From NCBI GenBank assembly GCA_050084515.1, contig CM114271.1, positions 41,540,001 to 41,604,000 on the forward strand: 64,000 nucleotides of DNA, written 5' to 3'. Position 1 is the first letter of the stretch; every line of letters begins with the position of its first letter. Position numbers and translations under genes: made by a program. This document shows positions 1 to 13,800 of the stretch, piece after piece. This stretch comes from Blasia pusilla. Taxonomy: Eukaryota. The notes beneath the pieces are model-generated. The model did no database searches. It worked only from the letters and a program-made list of their open reading frames with translations, and was not told the origin of the DNA.

Positions 1-74
1 GAGCAGCCACATATATGGAGGATCCAGGTTGGATATGCGGGGTTGCCCACATGGAGGCCCCCGCAATTGTGATG

Positions 75-960
75 CGTGGAGTACCTGTATGTGGAGATTG
101 ATGATGTTGCAAGGCGCGCTTCACTTCACCTGTGGCATAGTAACGCCCCTGTTTTCCGGACTTGTTGTCTGCGTCCGCCATTCAGGGTTACCAGAGTTCT
201 CTATCGAGGGACATTTCATTATTGGGGACGCAGGACTTGGAGCGAGTAGGGACCAAAGACTTGGTCATTGCTGGTTGGCCATGTCAGGGCCAGTCAAGTG
301 CTGGACGGCGTAGCGGATTAGCTTACTCTCGGTCCAGGTTGTTTTGGGAGATGATGCGGATCTTGCGACACTTGGAGGAGCATCAATCTCGTCCTCCAGC
401 ATACATTCTAGAGAATGTGCCAATTTTGGGCAATTAGAGGTCCCGTGTGGTGACAAGTGCACATCAGGTGTGCGCATAGATCGGCCCGGAAGTTTTGTTG
501 GATGCGGCAAGTGTGGGTTCACGAGCACATCACCCGCGTCTTTCGTGGACCAACTTGGTGCCACATGAGGCGTTGTGCATGGCTTATGCGAGAGTGGAGC
601 GCCCCTTCGATTTTTGGTGGATTCTATATTGGATCTGGGCCGTCGATCATAGGAAATGAGGCACAATGATCGACCGCCGTTGACTATGGTCAACAGGATT
701 GGCATGCCACGAGGAGCCTTTCCCACATTGGTAAGTTTTCTCGCTTCCTATGGATTCAAGGAGGCGGGACCTGGCTTGGTTTGGGATGACCTGGTACAGA
801 GGTTGGTGGAGCCCAACCCCGATGAGCGAGAGCGAGCGATGGGATTCCCCACAGGAGTGACGATAATACCATCACTAGCAGAGGCATCACAACGTCATGT
901 CTTGGGTCAGGAGATGGACCTGAACTACTTGACATGGATTTTCAGGTTAGGAGTAGCCAA
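75..960 (+). pseudogene. C5 cytosine DNA methyltransferase domain in retroelement copy 1
   Basis: YLYVEIDD (motif II), DLVIAGWPCQG (IV, catalytic PCQ), YILENVP (VI), LLDAASVGSRAHHPRLSWTN (VIII), EPNPDERERAMGFP (IX) and RHVLGQEMD (X); interrupted by stops and frameshifts. Confidence 0.9.
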
Positions 961-1187
961 GCAACATCGTTTGAGGATGCGACATATCACAGCACTTGCA
1001 CTGGTGAGCCTCATCCGTACCGAGACGGTTGAGGCAATGGCTGGGGACGAGACCCGAGGAGATCGACACACCAAGGCTAATCTGGAGAGACACTCTTGAA
1101 CTTCTCGGGATGTTTTGCAGGTACCGAGACAGGGTTGCACCATAGCAACCACCTACACCTACGCCAGAGAGTCCTATCGTAGTCACG

Positions 1188-4100
1188 ATGGAGGCTTGGG
1201 AGCCAGATATGGGCCCTAAGCTGACAAGAGGAGAGCAGCGCTGGATACACCAATTCCTTAGGAGTTATAAGAGTTTTTTTGGATTTGGCATGCATGATTT
1301 GGGTATGTTGAAGGGTCCAGGGATCCGCATTGAGTTGTTGAGCGACACGCCAATCTTTCGAAGATCCTACAAGTATAGTGACATGGAGAGGGCTCTGATT
1401 CAGAGTAGGAGCCAAGACTTGGTTGAAGTAGGACTAGTGGAGATGTCACATGGGGAGTATATATCTGCCACTATCATGCCTGCCAAGAAGGATGTGCATG
1501 GCAACAGGACGGATAGACGGACGTGTGGAGATTACCGACCTATCAATTGGGAGAAAAAGTCCGATAGGTATGCCATGCCCACCCTTGAGGATGTCTTTGA
1601 TGCGATTGGGCATGCAAAGGTCTTCAGTTCATTTGATTTGCAAGTCGGATACCATCAACTGCCTATGAGATTGGAGGACAGGCAGAAGATGGCATTTTGG
1701 GACTTCAATCCTCACGGGAAGGATTGTTTGTACCAGTGGCGGTTCTTACCATTCGGGTTAAAGAACGCCCCGGCTGAATTTCAGAGGGTCATGGATAGGA
1801 TCTTGGCAGGTCTGGATTTTGCTAGGTCTTATATTGATGACATCGTAGTCTTTAGCGCCATGGTTGAGGAACATGAGAGACATCTAGAGGAGGTGTTTTG
1901 ACGATTACAGTTGCATGGGATGAAGCTACATCCAGGCAAGTGCAAGTTCTTCTATGACCAGATTGAGTGTTTGGGTCATACGATATACCCAGGGGGCCTT
2001 GGTGTGCAGCACACAAAGGTAGAGGCTATTTCACGCATTCCACGCCCTTCAAATGTGAGTCCAGTTTGTGCATTCATGGGATTGGTGAACTTCTATCGAT
2101 GGCACGTCAAGGGTTTCAGCTCGATTGCAAAGCCGCAAACCTTGATGACCAAGGTGGATCAGGAGTGGCACTGGGGGGATGAGTAGGAGAGATCATTTCA
2201 GATGCTCAAGGACAAATTGACGTCTGTGCCCATATTGAGGAGACCGATCAGGGGGCGTCCTTTTTAGTTGCATACCGATTGGAGCATGTTGGGGCTTGGA
2301 TCCGTTCTCACCCAGCACGACGATGATGGTAGAGACTTTGTGCTGGCTTACACTAGTCGCTCAAACAACATTGCAGACGCAATTTATAGCTCGTATGAGG
2401 GTGAGTGCTTGGCTGCAATGTGGGTTGTCGCACATTTCAGACGTTATCTATTTGGCAATCCCTTTACCATAATTACTGGTCATCAGCCACTTAAGTGGTT
2501 GATGGAGTCCATCAAGCTTATAGGGAAGCTGGCGAGGTAGGCTCTTTTGTTGCAGGAGTATGACTTCAAGATGGTGCATAGACATGGGATGCTCAACCTG
2601 GATGCAGATGGTTTTAGCTGTAACCCATGCCCGAGTTAGCCAGATGCGAGTGGAGCTCGTTGGCATGATGAGAGTGATGAGGAGTTGGTGCCAAAATGGC
2701 TTGCGTCAGCCTATTTAGGCTTGTTGGCTATGGAGAGCCACATTGTTGAGACTTTGATGGCGAGGTCTAATGGAGAGTCCTTAGATCCAGAGACCGGCGA
2801 GAAGATGATAGGTTGGCGAGACATTCACAAAGATGGAGTGGTCTTGGAGTACCTGTGTATTGGCAGCGTCGCGAGCACAATGGGTGCTAGAGAGCGGGAT
2901 CGGATCCTATAACGAGCCAAACAGTTCTGGTGGGAGAGGACACATGTGTTGCGAGTGTGGGAGGATGATAGAGTGAATGTAGTGCCTCATCCTTTGCAGA
3001 GAGCACGTTTGGTGCGTCATGCCCACGAGGAGTTGGGTCATTTTCTAGTGAAGCGGACGTATAGCTTGCTCCATATTCAATATTGGTGGCGAGGCATGCA
3101 GACTGACGTTAGCACTTTGTTGCCAGATGCATGGTGTGTGATTGAGTCCAAGCATCGCTCAATGCTCTAACTCAACAGTTGCATCCACTTCCGATCATGG
3201 GTTTTCGTTAAAGATGGAGTTTGGATTTTGAAGGACCTTTGCCTTTGACGGAGCGCCATAGTCGTTATGTGTTGGTGATGGTCGAGCACTTCTCGAAGTG
3301 GATAGAGTTGGTTGTATTTCCTGACAAAGCAAGTGAGGGAGTAGTGTATGCCTTCCTAGATCAAGTGTTGAGTCATTACGGCGCACCAGCTGAGGTGTTG
3401 ACAGACTAGGATACCGAGTTTTGAGGGGAGTTTCAGGCCTTGCGTGATCAGATACTGATCAACCACCGCACCACTTCGCGAGATCATCTTGAGGCGGATG
3501 GACTAGAAAAGAGGGTTGTGCAGATGATGAAGAGAGGATTACCCAAGTATGGCTTGCAGAGAGGTCACCTAGCAGATTGGGATCTTCAGTTGCCGTGGTT
3601 GGCGATGGGATACAAATTCAGAAGGCAGGCATCCTTAGCATCTTTCTCACCATACTTGCTGCTTTATGGTCGTGAGCCACATTTACCTACGGCCATTTGT
3701 CAAGATGTTAGTGAGGTGTTGAACCTTGATGACCATGATGTACGGATGAGAGCATGTTCACAGAGGGTTGAGTGATGCCCATGGCGTTTGAGAACTTAGC
3801 GATTGCGCAACATCGGGATATATTAAGATATGCGACTATTTGGGGAGGTGGTTATCGACCTACTATCTGGAGGTTTCATCAAGGAGACTATGTCTACTTG
3901 CAGCAGACGGCACCCATGACGTTAGATGTGACTATAAGACCCACCATCTTGAGAGTGCGTGAAGTTTTTCTATTAGGTGTTCTCTTATTAGAGAGACGTG
4001 ATGGTATGGTTTGGAAGGACCATGTGCGTAACTGTACGCCGTGTCACCTTCGGAACATTGACGGTACAGTTGATCCGAGCTTAGCAAGAGTTTTTGCAGG

Positions 4101-4248
4101 CTTGCGATGTATGTTGTGTGGTTATGCCCGTGGTGCAGCCACTATGCTGTTATGTGATGGATGTTCAAGAGGATGGCATATGGCATGTTTGACGCCACCT
4201 CTCATTAGGGTTCCTCAGGGACGATGGATGTGTCACAAATATACATAG
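1188..4248 (+). pseudogene. pol of copy 1: reverse transcriptase, RNase H, integrase, PHD finger
   Basis: LPFGLKNAPAEFQR..YIDDIVVFS; HTDWS..YSSYEGECLA; HAHEELGHF; DFEGPLP..VLTD; CMLCG..MLLCDGCSRGWHMACLTPPLIRVPQGRWMC. Confidence 0.93.
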
Positions 4249-5175
4249 CGTAGGTAGTTCTACATTCCGACTTGTGTCTGTGACATGGATGACAAAAAGG
4301 CGACTAACGATGGGGCCACATGAGCACCCGACCTTCTTGCTCTTAGATTCCGAGAGATGTATGTCATGGTAGGTAGGGGTAGATGGCTATCTGGAGTTAG
4401 AGGGATCTAACCACTAGCTATGGGGGCTATTGGAGATATTTTGGTACTTCTTGTCTCATTTTTTGGATGCCATGAGTTAGCATGGGATCGTGCGTGTTTG
4501 TGTGTGTATTCGATGAAAGCGATGTATGTTGTGTAGCAATATGTATGCGCACGATAATTGTCACGTCTTTTAGGATAGATCGATGAGATCTAGTAGAGCA
4601 CCTTCGTGAGTAGTGGAGGACAAACTCAGGAGGTCTAGGATGACCTACTGAGGCCCCGAGAAACCTGAGCGAGCAGGTTTCCCCTTCGTTTCGGCTCATT
4701 TGAAGCCATGTTGAGAAACTTACTAGTTTAGGTAAGTACCATTTTGAATATATGGTTAACTTTCTAATTTTGGTAAGTGATCCTTGACTTCCTTCATTAT
4801 GTCAAGAGCCAAGGAGGTGACTTGAGAGCATAGGTTACCATGGAGAGAGCTTGGGAGAGGTGAGGGATATACCTCAAGGAGAGAGAGCTTGAGACCTCAT
4901 TCTCTCTTTGTTCAACCTCTTGGCATGAGGCGGCGGAGCTATGGTCTTGCTTGCCTTGTGTGTGTAATCCAAGCCTCTCATTAGGAGAGTGGGTTTGGTT
5001 TGACATTGAGAGAGACATGTGAGAGTGCACACATTTGAGAGCTATGGTGTTGAGAGAGATTGGATTTTGATTAATTGGAGATATTTTGGTACTACTTGTC
5101 TCGTTGTTTGGATGCCATGAGTTAGTAGGGGATCGTGCGTGTGTTTGGTGATAGTGATGTGTATGCGCACGACAA

Positions 5176-5617
5176 TTACCTTTGTATAGTAGCATCCTTT
5201 GTATGTTGTATTATGTAAATTCAACCATTATGTTAACCTATCCATTACAGCATTCACCGATTAGTAAAGTATATTCAATTGTATATTGTATACTTTCCAA
5301 GCTATACTTTCATATGCTATATTGTCTCTTTTTGTTTGTATTGAAGGCCTACGTAGTGTCTTCCTTGGATTGAAGACTCACGTTATCGTAAGCGTCTCCC
5401 GTGGTTTGTATTGAAGGCCTAAGTAGTGTCTCCCTTGGATTAAAGACTAATATACACAACCACAAAATTGGTCTCTCTGAAGACTAGATACAAATTTTTA
5501 TATTGTGGGTGTCTAGATTAAATCTCCCACTATATTTGCTCTTGTTGAAGGTCTTAGAGTCTTGTGTAGTCCTCCATTGCAATTTCCACTTTCTCACCTT
5601 CAAAATAGGTAGCGACA
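5176..5617 (+). mobile_element. Probable 3' part of an unrelated LTR into which copy 1 inserted
   Basis: Internal short direct repeats (TTGTATTGAAGGCCTA..GTAGTGTC..CCTTGGATT twice) and an LTR-like end GGTAGCGACA. Confidence 0.4.
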
Positions 5618-6079
5618 GTTCTCCTAGTAAGAGTTAGCTTGTACATAAAGCGGTGTCATGCATACAACACATTTGAGAGCCAAGAAAATTTTCATTGGGA
5701 GATTGAATCGTGAGAAAAATAGTGCCATGCCTTGATTGTGGGATCGGAAGCCCCACGCCGAAGTACCATTTAATTGTCTACGCAAAGTCTGCAAATATGA
5801 CACTTTCTTTTTTATATATGTGTTCACTTACATTTTTGTATATATCCCACCCCACTTTCGGGGCTGCCACACTAGTTACTGGATGGAGGCCGTACTACTC
5901 ATTCTCAATTCAAGATTCCTATTGAGATACATGAATCGTCTATTTGTAGGTAAGTTTATGTTGAAGATTTTGTTATTACTCTGCTTCATTTCTAAAATTG
6001 GGTTTCCATTGTTTGGTCATTATTTATATATATTATGCATAAATATTTCTTACTTTTTGATTTCTTGTGTGTTTTCTAG

Positions 6080-7080
6080 CTTATGTGTTAGTAGTGACAT
6101 TGCACGCCTTATACAAATGCAAAGTTGATTGTATGGGATGAAGCTCCTTTGACACATCGTCATGCTTTTGAGGCTGTTAATCGTACCTTCCAAGAAATCA
6201 TGGGTTTGGTACATTGTGTACTACGAGATATGTCTTTTCGGGGAAACATATTTATATTTGGTGGTGACTTCCGACAACTTCTTCTCGTAGTGCGTCATGG
6301 TGATCGGCCAATTGTTGTGCGTGCAACCCTTAGGAGATCTCTTATTTGGTCTCATATGAGAATAATGAAACTCACTATCAACATGAGAGTGAATTGTTTG
6401 CAAGGTAACAACAATTGAACCTTCTGATGTTACTTTTGCTATCTTATGGATTTTTTTATCAAGATGTACTCATTCTGTTTTTTTTTAATTTTGCTTAGGA
6501 CAAGCATTACATGAGCAAGATGGATTTGCAAATTGGTTATTGAAGATGGGCGAGGGTCAGAAACCATTGCATTCTGAACTTGGAGATGATTTTATAAGAA
6601 TTCATAATACGATGATTATTAAGAGCCACAAACTTAATGATTTGATTGAAATTGTCTATGGACGTGATATTGATAAGTGGAGTGATATTCTCTTCTTGAG
6701 GGGTACATCTATTCTCACAAGAAAGAATAGTACTGTGGATTTTATCAATGCCGAAATTATGTTGCAATTTCCAAGAGAGGTAATTTGAATATTTCATGAA
6801 TGTCGCCAAATTTATCTTAAATGAAGACACAATTTATTCGTACCATTAGAAGTTATCCTTTTAATGCTAATGATTGTTTCTCTTTTCACGTGCACACTTT
6901 TTAAAGTGCCGATTCGAAAATTGATGATGGGATGAGTTTTATACCCAACAAAATTCTTGAATACATGTTTGCAATCAGAATTTGCACCACATTGTTTAAC
7001 GTTGAAAATTGGAGTTCCAATTATGCCATTATAACATATGAATGACACAAAGGGACAAACAAATGGGATATCTTGTAATA
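6080..7080 (+). pseudogene. Helitron Pif1-type helicase fragment
   Basis: LIVWDEAP..HAFEAVNRT, FGGDFRQLL, KLTINMRV, FANWLLKMGEG, ILTRKNSTVDFIN and LTLKIGVPIM; apparent intron at ~6405-6499. Confidence 0.85.
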
Positions 7081-9574
7081 TTCTATGTCTACTTTGACTT
7101 AAAATTTGAATATATTTTATTATTTATATAAAATAAAAATTTAATCTTCATCATTCTATTTTTTTTATATTTTGGTGCCGTACATCCCACAAACTAGTGA
7201 CTTCCTAAATCCATAACTCAACTTTGTGCTCAACTCGGATCCTAAATGACCTTTCGAGTTATGTTGTCTCAAGGTGGCATATGCAGAATAAATAAATAAC
7301 TCTAATAAAACAGGCCATGGATCATAAAGTCACATGAGGGGAACGGAAGCTTTTCATCCTTTGGTCGTTGCGGACGGGTTGGTTCTCTTGGGCCGCGATT
7401 AGCCCACGGTTTCAACAAAACTCTTGCCAGTGATAATTGGCGTTCCGTTGTGCATGGATTTTTCCCTTCGTGATTCAGTCCAGGAGACGGGGATCGGTTT
7501 GGCCGTGTGGTGAAATTTGTCTGGAGACTCACTACACTCTGAAGACCAGACTCGGTACCGTATATACTATCCTATACCTGGTTCATAACGAGGTAGTGTC
7601 GTCGTCCGCTTTTTCTTTCAGAAACAAGCTTCCTCTTTAAGTGCAGGTCGAGCCGGCCCACGTTTCTTTCACCCGTGTGGAGTTAGGTTAGGTTATGTTA
7701 ACGTTAGGTTGGTCCAGTTCACACTTTTGGACACGCGAATTGGTTGTCCCTTTCTACACACATTTAGAATCTACCGAACTGGCCTGGTTCCCAAAGTCTA
7801 TTCAAAGGCTGTGTTTCTATTCATGATTGGTATTATCGGAGCTCTCTGCGCAGGAAATCACGCCAGGCTTACACCGCTTCCCGAAAAACTTCGTTCGCGC
7901 CGAAGTCCAAACCCTGTTTGCCCCTAAAGCTGAAGATAATCAGAAACGTAACGCGGATCGCATGAGATAAAGGCTCCTTCCTACCTCGGAACCACTGAAG
8001 GTACGTAACACGAGCCACGTGATGCTGCTCACCTGCGAAATATCATGTTTCAATAACAATGCCATGCATATGTTGTGTCGTGCAGGCCGCCCTCGTTATT
8101 AACCGAAGGCATTCAAAGATATCCCAAGAAGCCGACCGTGGCTCTCACCCTGGACCCATGAAGCATACGTTACAGGGTTCACGTGATCTTATCCAGGAAG
8201 AATGGTGTTTAGACCATTGCATGGTCATTGTTAAATAAACGATCCATGCTAACCAACTAAGCCAATGCCTACGCGATTCATGTGATGTGGGACACAAAAC
8301 TACTCATCTCTTCCCGGAAATGATCTTCGTAGTTTAGTCGTTTACTGTAGGAGAAACACACAGATCCAACACCGTTGAAACGAGTGTCGTAGAGTGCCAA
8401 CTACTCCCCCCTTCGCCATGGTAACCCGTTTTGGTTAAAAAGACCATCCCCGATTCTTCAGCCATGCCCCACTTTCTACTAACCGCCGGTTCACGTTCAA
8501 AACCTGCTTTACACACCGGCATCCGTTCCGTGAGAAGAGGAGACCAAATCCACCCGTATGCCTTCTAGCCACTGTATTTCTTAAGGACCGTGAGAATATG
8601 GTTTGCTCATACTTCGGTTATTCATACCACTCCAAATGATGTGGCAAGTTCCAATCCCTTACAAACGTTTATGCATGTAGTTATTTTCCTTGAAAATACT
8701 AAAAATAAAGAAGATTTTTTATACAAAGTTGGATAACAAGAAAGTGGAGGAGTTCCTCGTTCTCAAGGTGACGATTGTTGGCCATAACTTCAAACAAGGT
8801 ACCTTGTTGGCATTTACAGCAATTACCATGGCCGAGGTTACGACAATCTCTATAATCAAGGAGATTCGCAATCTTCATGAGGCTAGGAGAAGTAATTAAA
8901 ACCAATACTCTGGATCCCTAGAATTCCTTGACCTTTCTTTCAAATTGGAATCTAGTTGGGATTCTAAGAATCTAAATCCTATTCACAAGATAACCTGAAT
9001 TTTGAAGAGGACATATAAACTCACTTCTCTATGTGCCATAGTAGCCTTGTGGAGCACTCAACATTTCAACCTTCTCCATCGACCCTAAGGTTACAAGTCT
9101 CGACTCAAATTCTAAACAAAACTATCCTTTTGTACATAGTTTGCCACAATTCAATGGAAACAAGGGAGGGGAAAGCCCTAAGAGAACTTCAATCGCCAAG
9201 AAAGAGTCCGGAGCCCTTCTTAGATTCTAATCTTCAAATTTCATCTTATGACACATGTTGCCGAGCTCTGATTATCACATCTTTTGTAGTGGAAGTAAGA
9301 TTATCTATACAACACTTCGGGGAAGAGAGGAGATCATGGTTGCACGGAAACAAACATGTCCACAAACTTTCCCAAGGGGTCCCCCACTTGGCTTCTTTTG
9401 CAACCCTAGTGGCCTGCTCAAGCTTGGGACGCGGGAACAGTTGCAAGCTCAGATCACGGGAGGCGGGAAAAAATTGGCCCGCATATAGCGTGCACCGGCT
9501 TGCCCTAAGCCCGCACAAGGCCCACGACCAAGCCTACTTGCGGCCCCTGTGTGAGCCAGAGTCAGCCTTACGGG

Positions 9575-10385
9575 CATGGTTGCACAAAAATGACAAGTCC
9601 CATCCTTACGACGAAAATGGACCGACAAGTCTTGACATGTCCACGGACATGGGTTCTAAGAGGTGGGACCCACACTTATAGTCCATGATGGAAGGCAAGG
9701 CAAGGAATGAGGGAGGAGGGAGTGGAGGTGGAGGGAGGTATAAATGGGGGAGTATGGAACACGAAGGCAAGTAAGGGGAAACAAAAAAAAGGGAAAGGTG
9801 GGGCCAATATGGACAAGTCCTTCCATAGGACGCACATGGACTTTTTCCACATGCAACCTTCCTTGCAGACGTGGTCACGGCCCAATGCAGGCTACAAACC
9901 GAGGACGTGTTCTTAGACTGGTTGCGGCCTGGCCGATCTTGGGTCTACCTTGCGGACAGGGCGGACTACGCGTACCCAAGCCCGTATGGATATGTCCATG
10001 GTTGCACAAAAATGGACAAGTCCTTCCTTAGGACGGACATGGACGGACAAGTCTAGACACTTCCACTAACATTGGTTCCAAAAGGTGGGACCCACACTTA
10101 TAGTCTATGATGAAAGGCAAGGCAAGGATGAGAGGAGCAATAAGGGAGGAGGGAGTGGAGGTGGAGGGAGGAAGAAATGGGGGAGTATGAAACACAGGGG
10201 CAAGTAAGGGGAATGAGAAAGAAGGGAAAGATGGGGCCCATACTGACAAGTCCTTCCATAGGACGGACATAAATCCACGGAAATGGATATGTCCATGGAC
10301 ATAGACTTTGTCCACATGCAACCTTGGATATGGCTGTCCTACGGACGAAGATAAGTCCACGAACATATCCGTGTGCAACCTTGGG
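9575..10385. repeat. Tandem duplication of a ~410-bp unit within a repeat family that also has related sequence at ~12970-13460
   Basis: GGTTGCACAAAAAT..GACAAGTCC...AGGTGGGACCCACACTTATAGTC.ATGATG.AAGGCAAGGCAAGGA occurs at ~9578 and ~10000; CATGGACTTTTTCCA.TGCAACC motifs recur at ~13428. Confidence 0.8.
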
Positions 10386-10442
10386 GTAGGTTAAACATGG
10401 TAGGTCAACAATAACCTATTTAAGAGTAAGTGCAATTTAGGG

Positions 10443-10647
<205 letters not shown>

Positions 10648-10699
10648 GCACACAAACACTCATGGAGCTTTATATTGGTGTAAGACATACTTCTATTTC

Positions 10700-10828
10700 A
10701 TTGGAGATATTTTGGTAGCCACTCGCCTATTATATTTGGATTTTGTGCTTGAATACTTAATCTTTTGTTCAATCTGTTTGATTAGTGACATAGTTTTATG
10801 TTGTGTAGCAATGTGTGTACGCATAACA
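10700..10828 (+). repeat. Diverged B-type terminal repeat of the split-repeat retroelement family
   Basis: Starts ATTGGAGATATTTTGGTA and ends TATGTTGTGTAGCAATGTGTGTACGCATAACA, matching the start and end of B. Confidence 0.65.
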
Positions 10829-13800
10829 TGATAGGGAGTGAAATTCGATGAAAAGGAAATCTTAGAACCACATGATGTTCCTCTACATCCAAATCATAGT
10901 GTAGTGGTGGAGGTTCATTGGATTTGGATTTCCCATGAATTCTAGACTCAAAGCTCACTTTCTTCTTGTTCCTTCTCCCTAAAAACATTTGCAATATTTC
11001 ATCCTTCTTCTTTTCTAGGATGGTGAATCCTGAACTTGCAATTCTCTATTGGAATTCTTATAATAGAGTAATCCCCTTGGACCATTATTTTATCATACCT
11101 TGTTAGGAGAGACATAATTAGAAGACATTCACAATGTGGATTTTTAAAGCATTAAAATATTTAATGAAATTTTTCTTATATTTTATAAACATCTTTGAGT
11201 GTCACCACTTATAGATAAATTTAAGATAATGTGCTCAAAATAATTGGTCTAATAGGGGATATAATGAATCTTTGGTGAAGGCCCTGTAGGGCCTTTGAAA
11301 AGGAGAAATTTTAATTTGAGGAATTTTTCAACATGAAGAATGTTTTAGTGTTTCCTTGTTTTTCATCCCATTCTTCTTCAAATATTTTCAAGGCCATAAT
11401 TGGCCTTGAAAAAGGAAAGGGAGTACAAACCCCCCCCCCCCCAACAATCGGCTAAACTCATCAACAACAAAATAATTTCAACAACACCTAGAGAGCTATG
11501 GCTACCATAATTGGGCCTCTAAGGCCGATGTCTCCCACAACTTGATCCCGCCACAAAATCCCATTAGTTTGGGCTCGTTGCAAAGCTGTGGAGATCCGTT
11601 GCTTACAATAAAGAATCGTAATAGCTAAGGAAAACCCATTTCTTGAATGGAGATGATAAGCACAATCCATAAGGAATGAGTTAAACCTCACCCATAGCCC
11701 CATACATCTCTATGGTTTGGGGGACTAATCAATGTCCATCATGAAGTCGACTATATAGTTGGGTCTTCTTTGCTGCCGCTACTCCTTGTAGACTATCCTT
11801 TTGGAAGAGAAGTGTATTTGGAGGAAATCAAGATAAGCCCACATATTGGATCAATATTTCTCCGAAAATAAAAAAATTGGAATGTGCTAGACGGAATTTA
11901 GAAGATAGTGGTGATCTAAACTTACTGATAAGAGACCTTGATGGTAATCATGAAAACAACTTAGACTAGAAAGAAAACAACCTAGAAGATGTAGATATGC
12001 AGAAAAAAATTTCATGATAGAGAAATGGGGTATCACGAAAGTTAGAGGGTGCTAACTTTGATATAATTTCAACATGAAATCCAATAGTGCTAACTTTCAT
12101 ATTGATTTTTTTATATCAATAAACTTTCCAAGCCAATTATTTGCACAAAATTTTCAATACAAAAATAACATCATAAATATATCAAATACATATCATATTC
12201 TATTTGATATCAAAATGATGCAAACCCATGATGGGGCCCTTTTTTCATGTACGCGAACCCCTCTATGATGAATTTAAGGAGAATATGTCTCGTCCTCTAC
12301 TACTCTCCTTGGAAAGGAACGAAAATGATAAAATAATGGATGATTGGATTCGAGAGCAAGAGGATGAGAAAAAAATGGAGAACTATGGATGAAGTGTATG
12401 ATGCTACCATATCAATGAGGTATGATCTTGATATTGTTGCAATATTAGGAGTTCAAAATTATTCCACTAAGCCAACTCCATCACCATTAGAGTGGCATTT
12501 GTACCTTTTGTGGAATTATTTAAGAGGATTTTTTAGAATATTTTGTGAAAAAAAAAAATGTGGCCTAATTTTTTCAATCGAGAATATAAATTGAAGAAAG
12601 TGTGGATTCCATCAAAGCCATGCTATTTTTTCAAAAAATCATTATCCAAATTGCTAAAAACTTGAATACATATTTTTATTTTAAGAAATTCAATTCCAAT
12701 AGTCACGCAATATCTAGACCTATAGATCTTGAGGAAAATCTAAGATGGGTTAAGATGTCTTGCTTGTCTCCCTAAATTTCTTATCAATCATCTCCATCTT
12801 CCTCAAATTCTTCTCATGCACGAAAATATGGGGCAAGATCCTAAGGTGAGTTGGGGAAAGTCAAGATGGGTAGAATCTATCGTAAGACTTACCCAAGTTA
12901 TCTTTAGGATTAGTCAGCCAAACATGGGATTACAAAAAGCAACCTACGTTTGGGTTGAGGACCAAAATGAACATGGTTGCATGCGAGGTTGCATGGAAAC
13001 AAACTTCTCTATCCTACGGATGGATACACCCAACGGGTCCTCTTCATGAGTTTTTTTGGTATCCCAATGCTCCACGTGGGCTCGAGAGGGAAGAACGCAT
13101 GTAGGATAAGATTAAGGGAGGCGTATAGGTATCAAATGGATGTGCTGGCTATAAGCCATCGTGTGCCCTATCCTAAGCCGGCATTTTCTGCAGAGCCTAC
13201 TACCTGCACAGGCTAGTGGCGGGCTTGATGCAAGCCTCTATGAGTGAAGCGCGGGCTTAGTGTGGGCTAAGAAATGGATGGCAAGAACAAGCAACAGGTT
13301 GCTAGACTAGGTGCATGCTTGCCAAACTTAGGTCTTTGTGGCATGCGCAGCAGGCCCGAGTTCGGGCCATAAATATATGGGCTTGCACGAGCATGTCCGT
13401 CCTAGGGAGAAACATAAGTCCGCGGACATGGACTTTTTCCATGTGCAACCTTGAAAATGAAGGGCCTGAGATAGATGCTTGGGAAAATATGGGGTACCTT
13501 GGAAAACCCTTGGGGAATACCTATATCTCTTGATTCTCTTCTTACTAGCCGAAGTCTTGAAATCAAGAGCTAGCCACATTTTGTGTTTGGCCATGATTAT
13601 GGTTGTGAGTTAAGATCTCATTCAAGACGTACCTTGAGGTATTAGCTATTGTGATCCGGCTAAGGGGAGAGAAACGTGGAGATTGGCCATGGGTTAATCC
13701 TTAAAGTATTCCTAGGAAGACAACATGTACCTCCAGAGACTGAATTGTAATTATCTCTTGACATCTTCTTATCTCTTGACTTAACTTACAAAATGGGCGA

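Larger units (their letters stand above)
1..5174 (+). mobile_element. Ty3/gypsy-like retroelement copy 1 (5' part outside the window): DNMT-RT-RNaseH-integrase-PHD, ending in B-A-B repeats; decayed
   Basis: Fragmented ORFs carry GWPCQ/ENV (DNMT), YIDDI (RT), TDWS...E...LKWL (RNaseH), rve integrase and a C-terminal PHD. It is highly similar to 17900-23875. Terminal repeats: B1 4429-4556, A2 4559-5073, B2 5074-5174, ending in GACA. Confidence 0.93.

Noticed and set aside
7300-8600. Possible host gene fragment
   Set aside because: Short ORFs without recognisable homology or a consistent splice structure.
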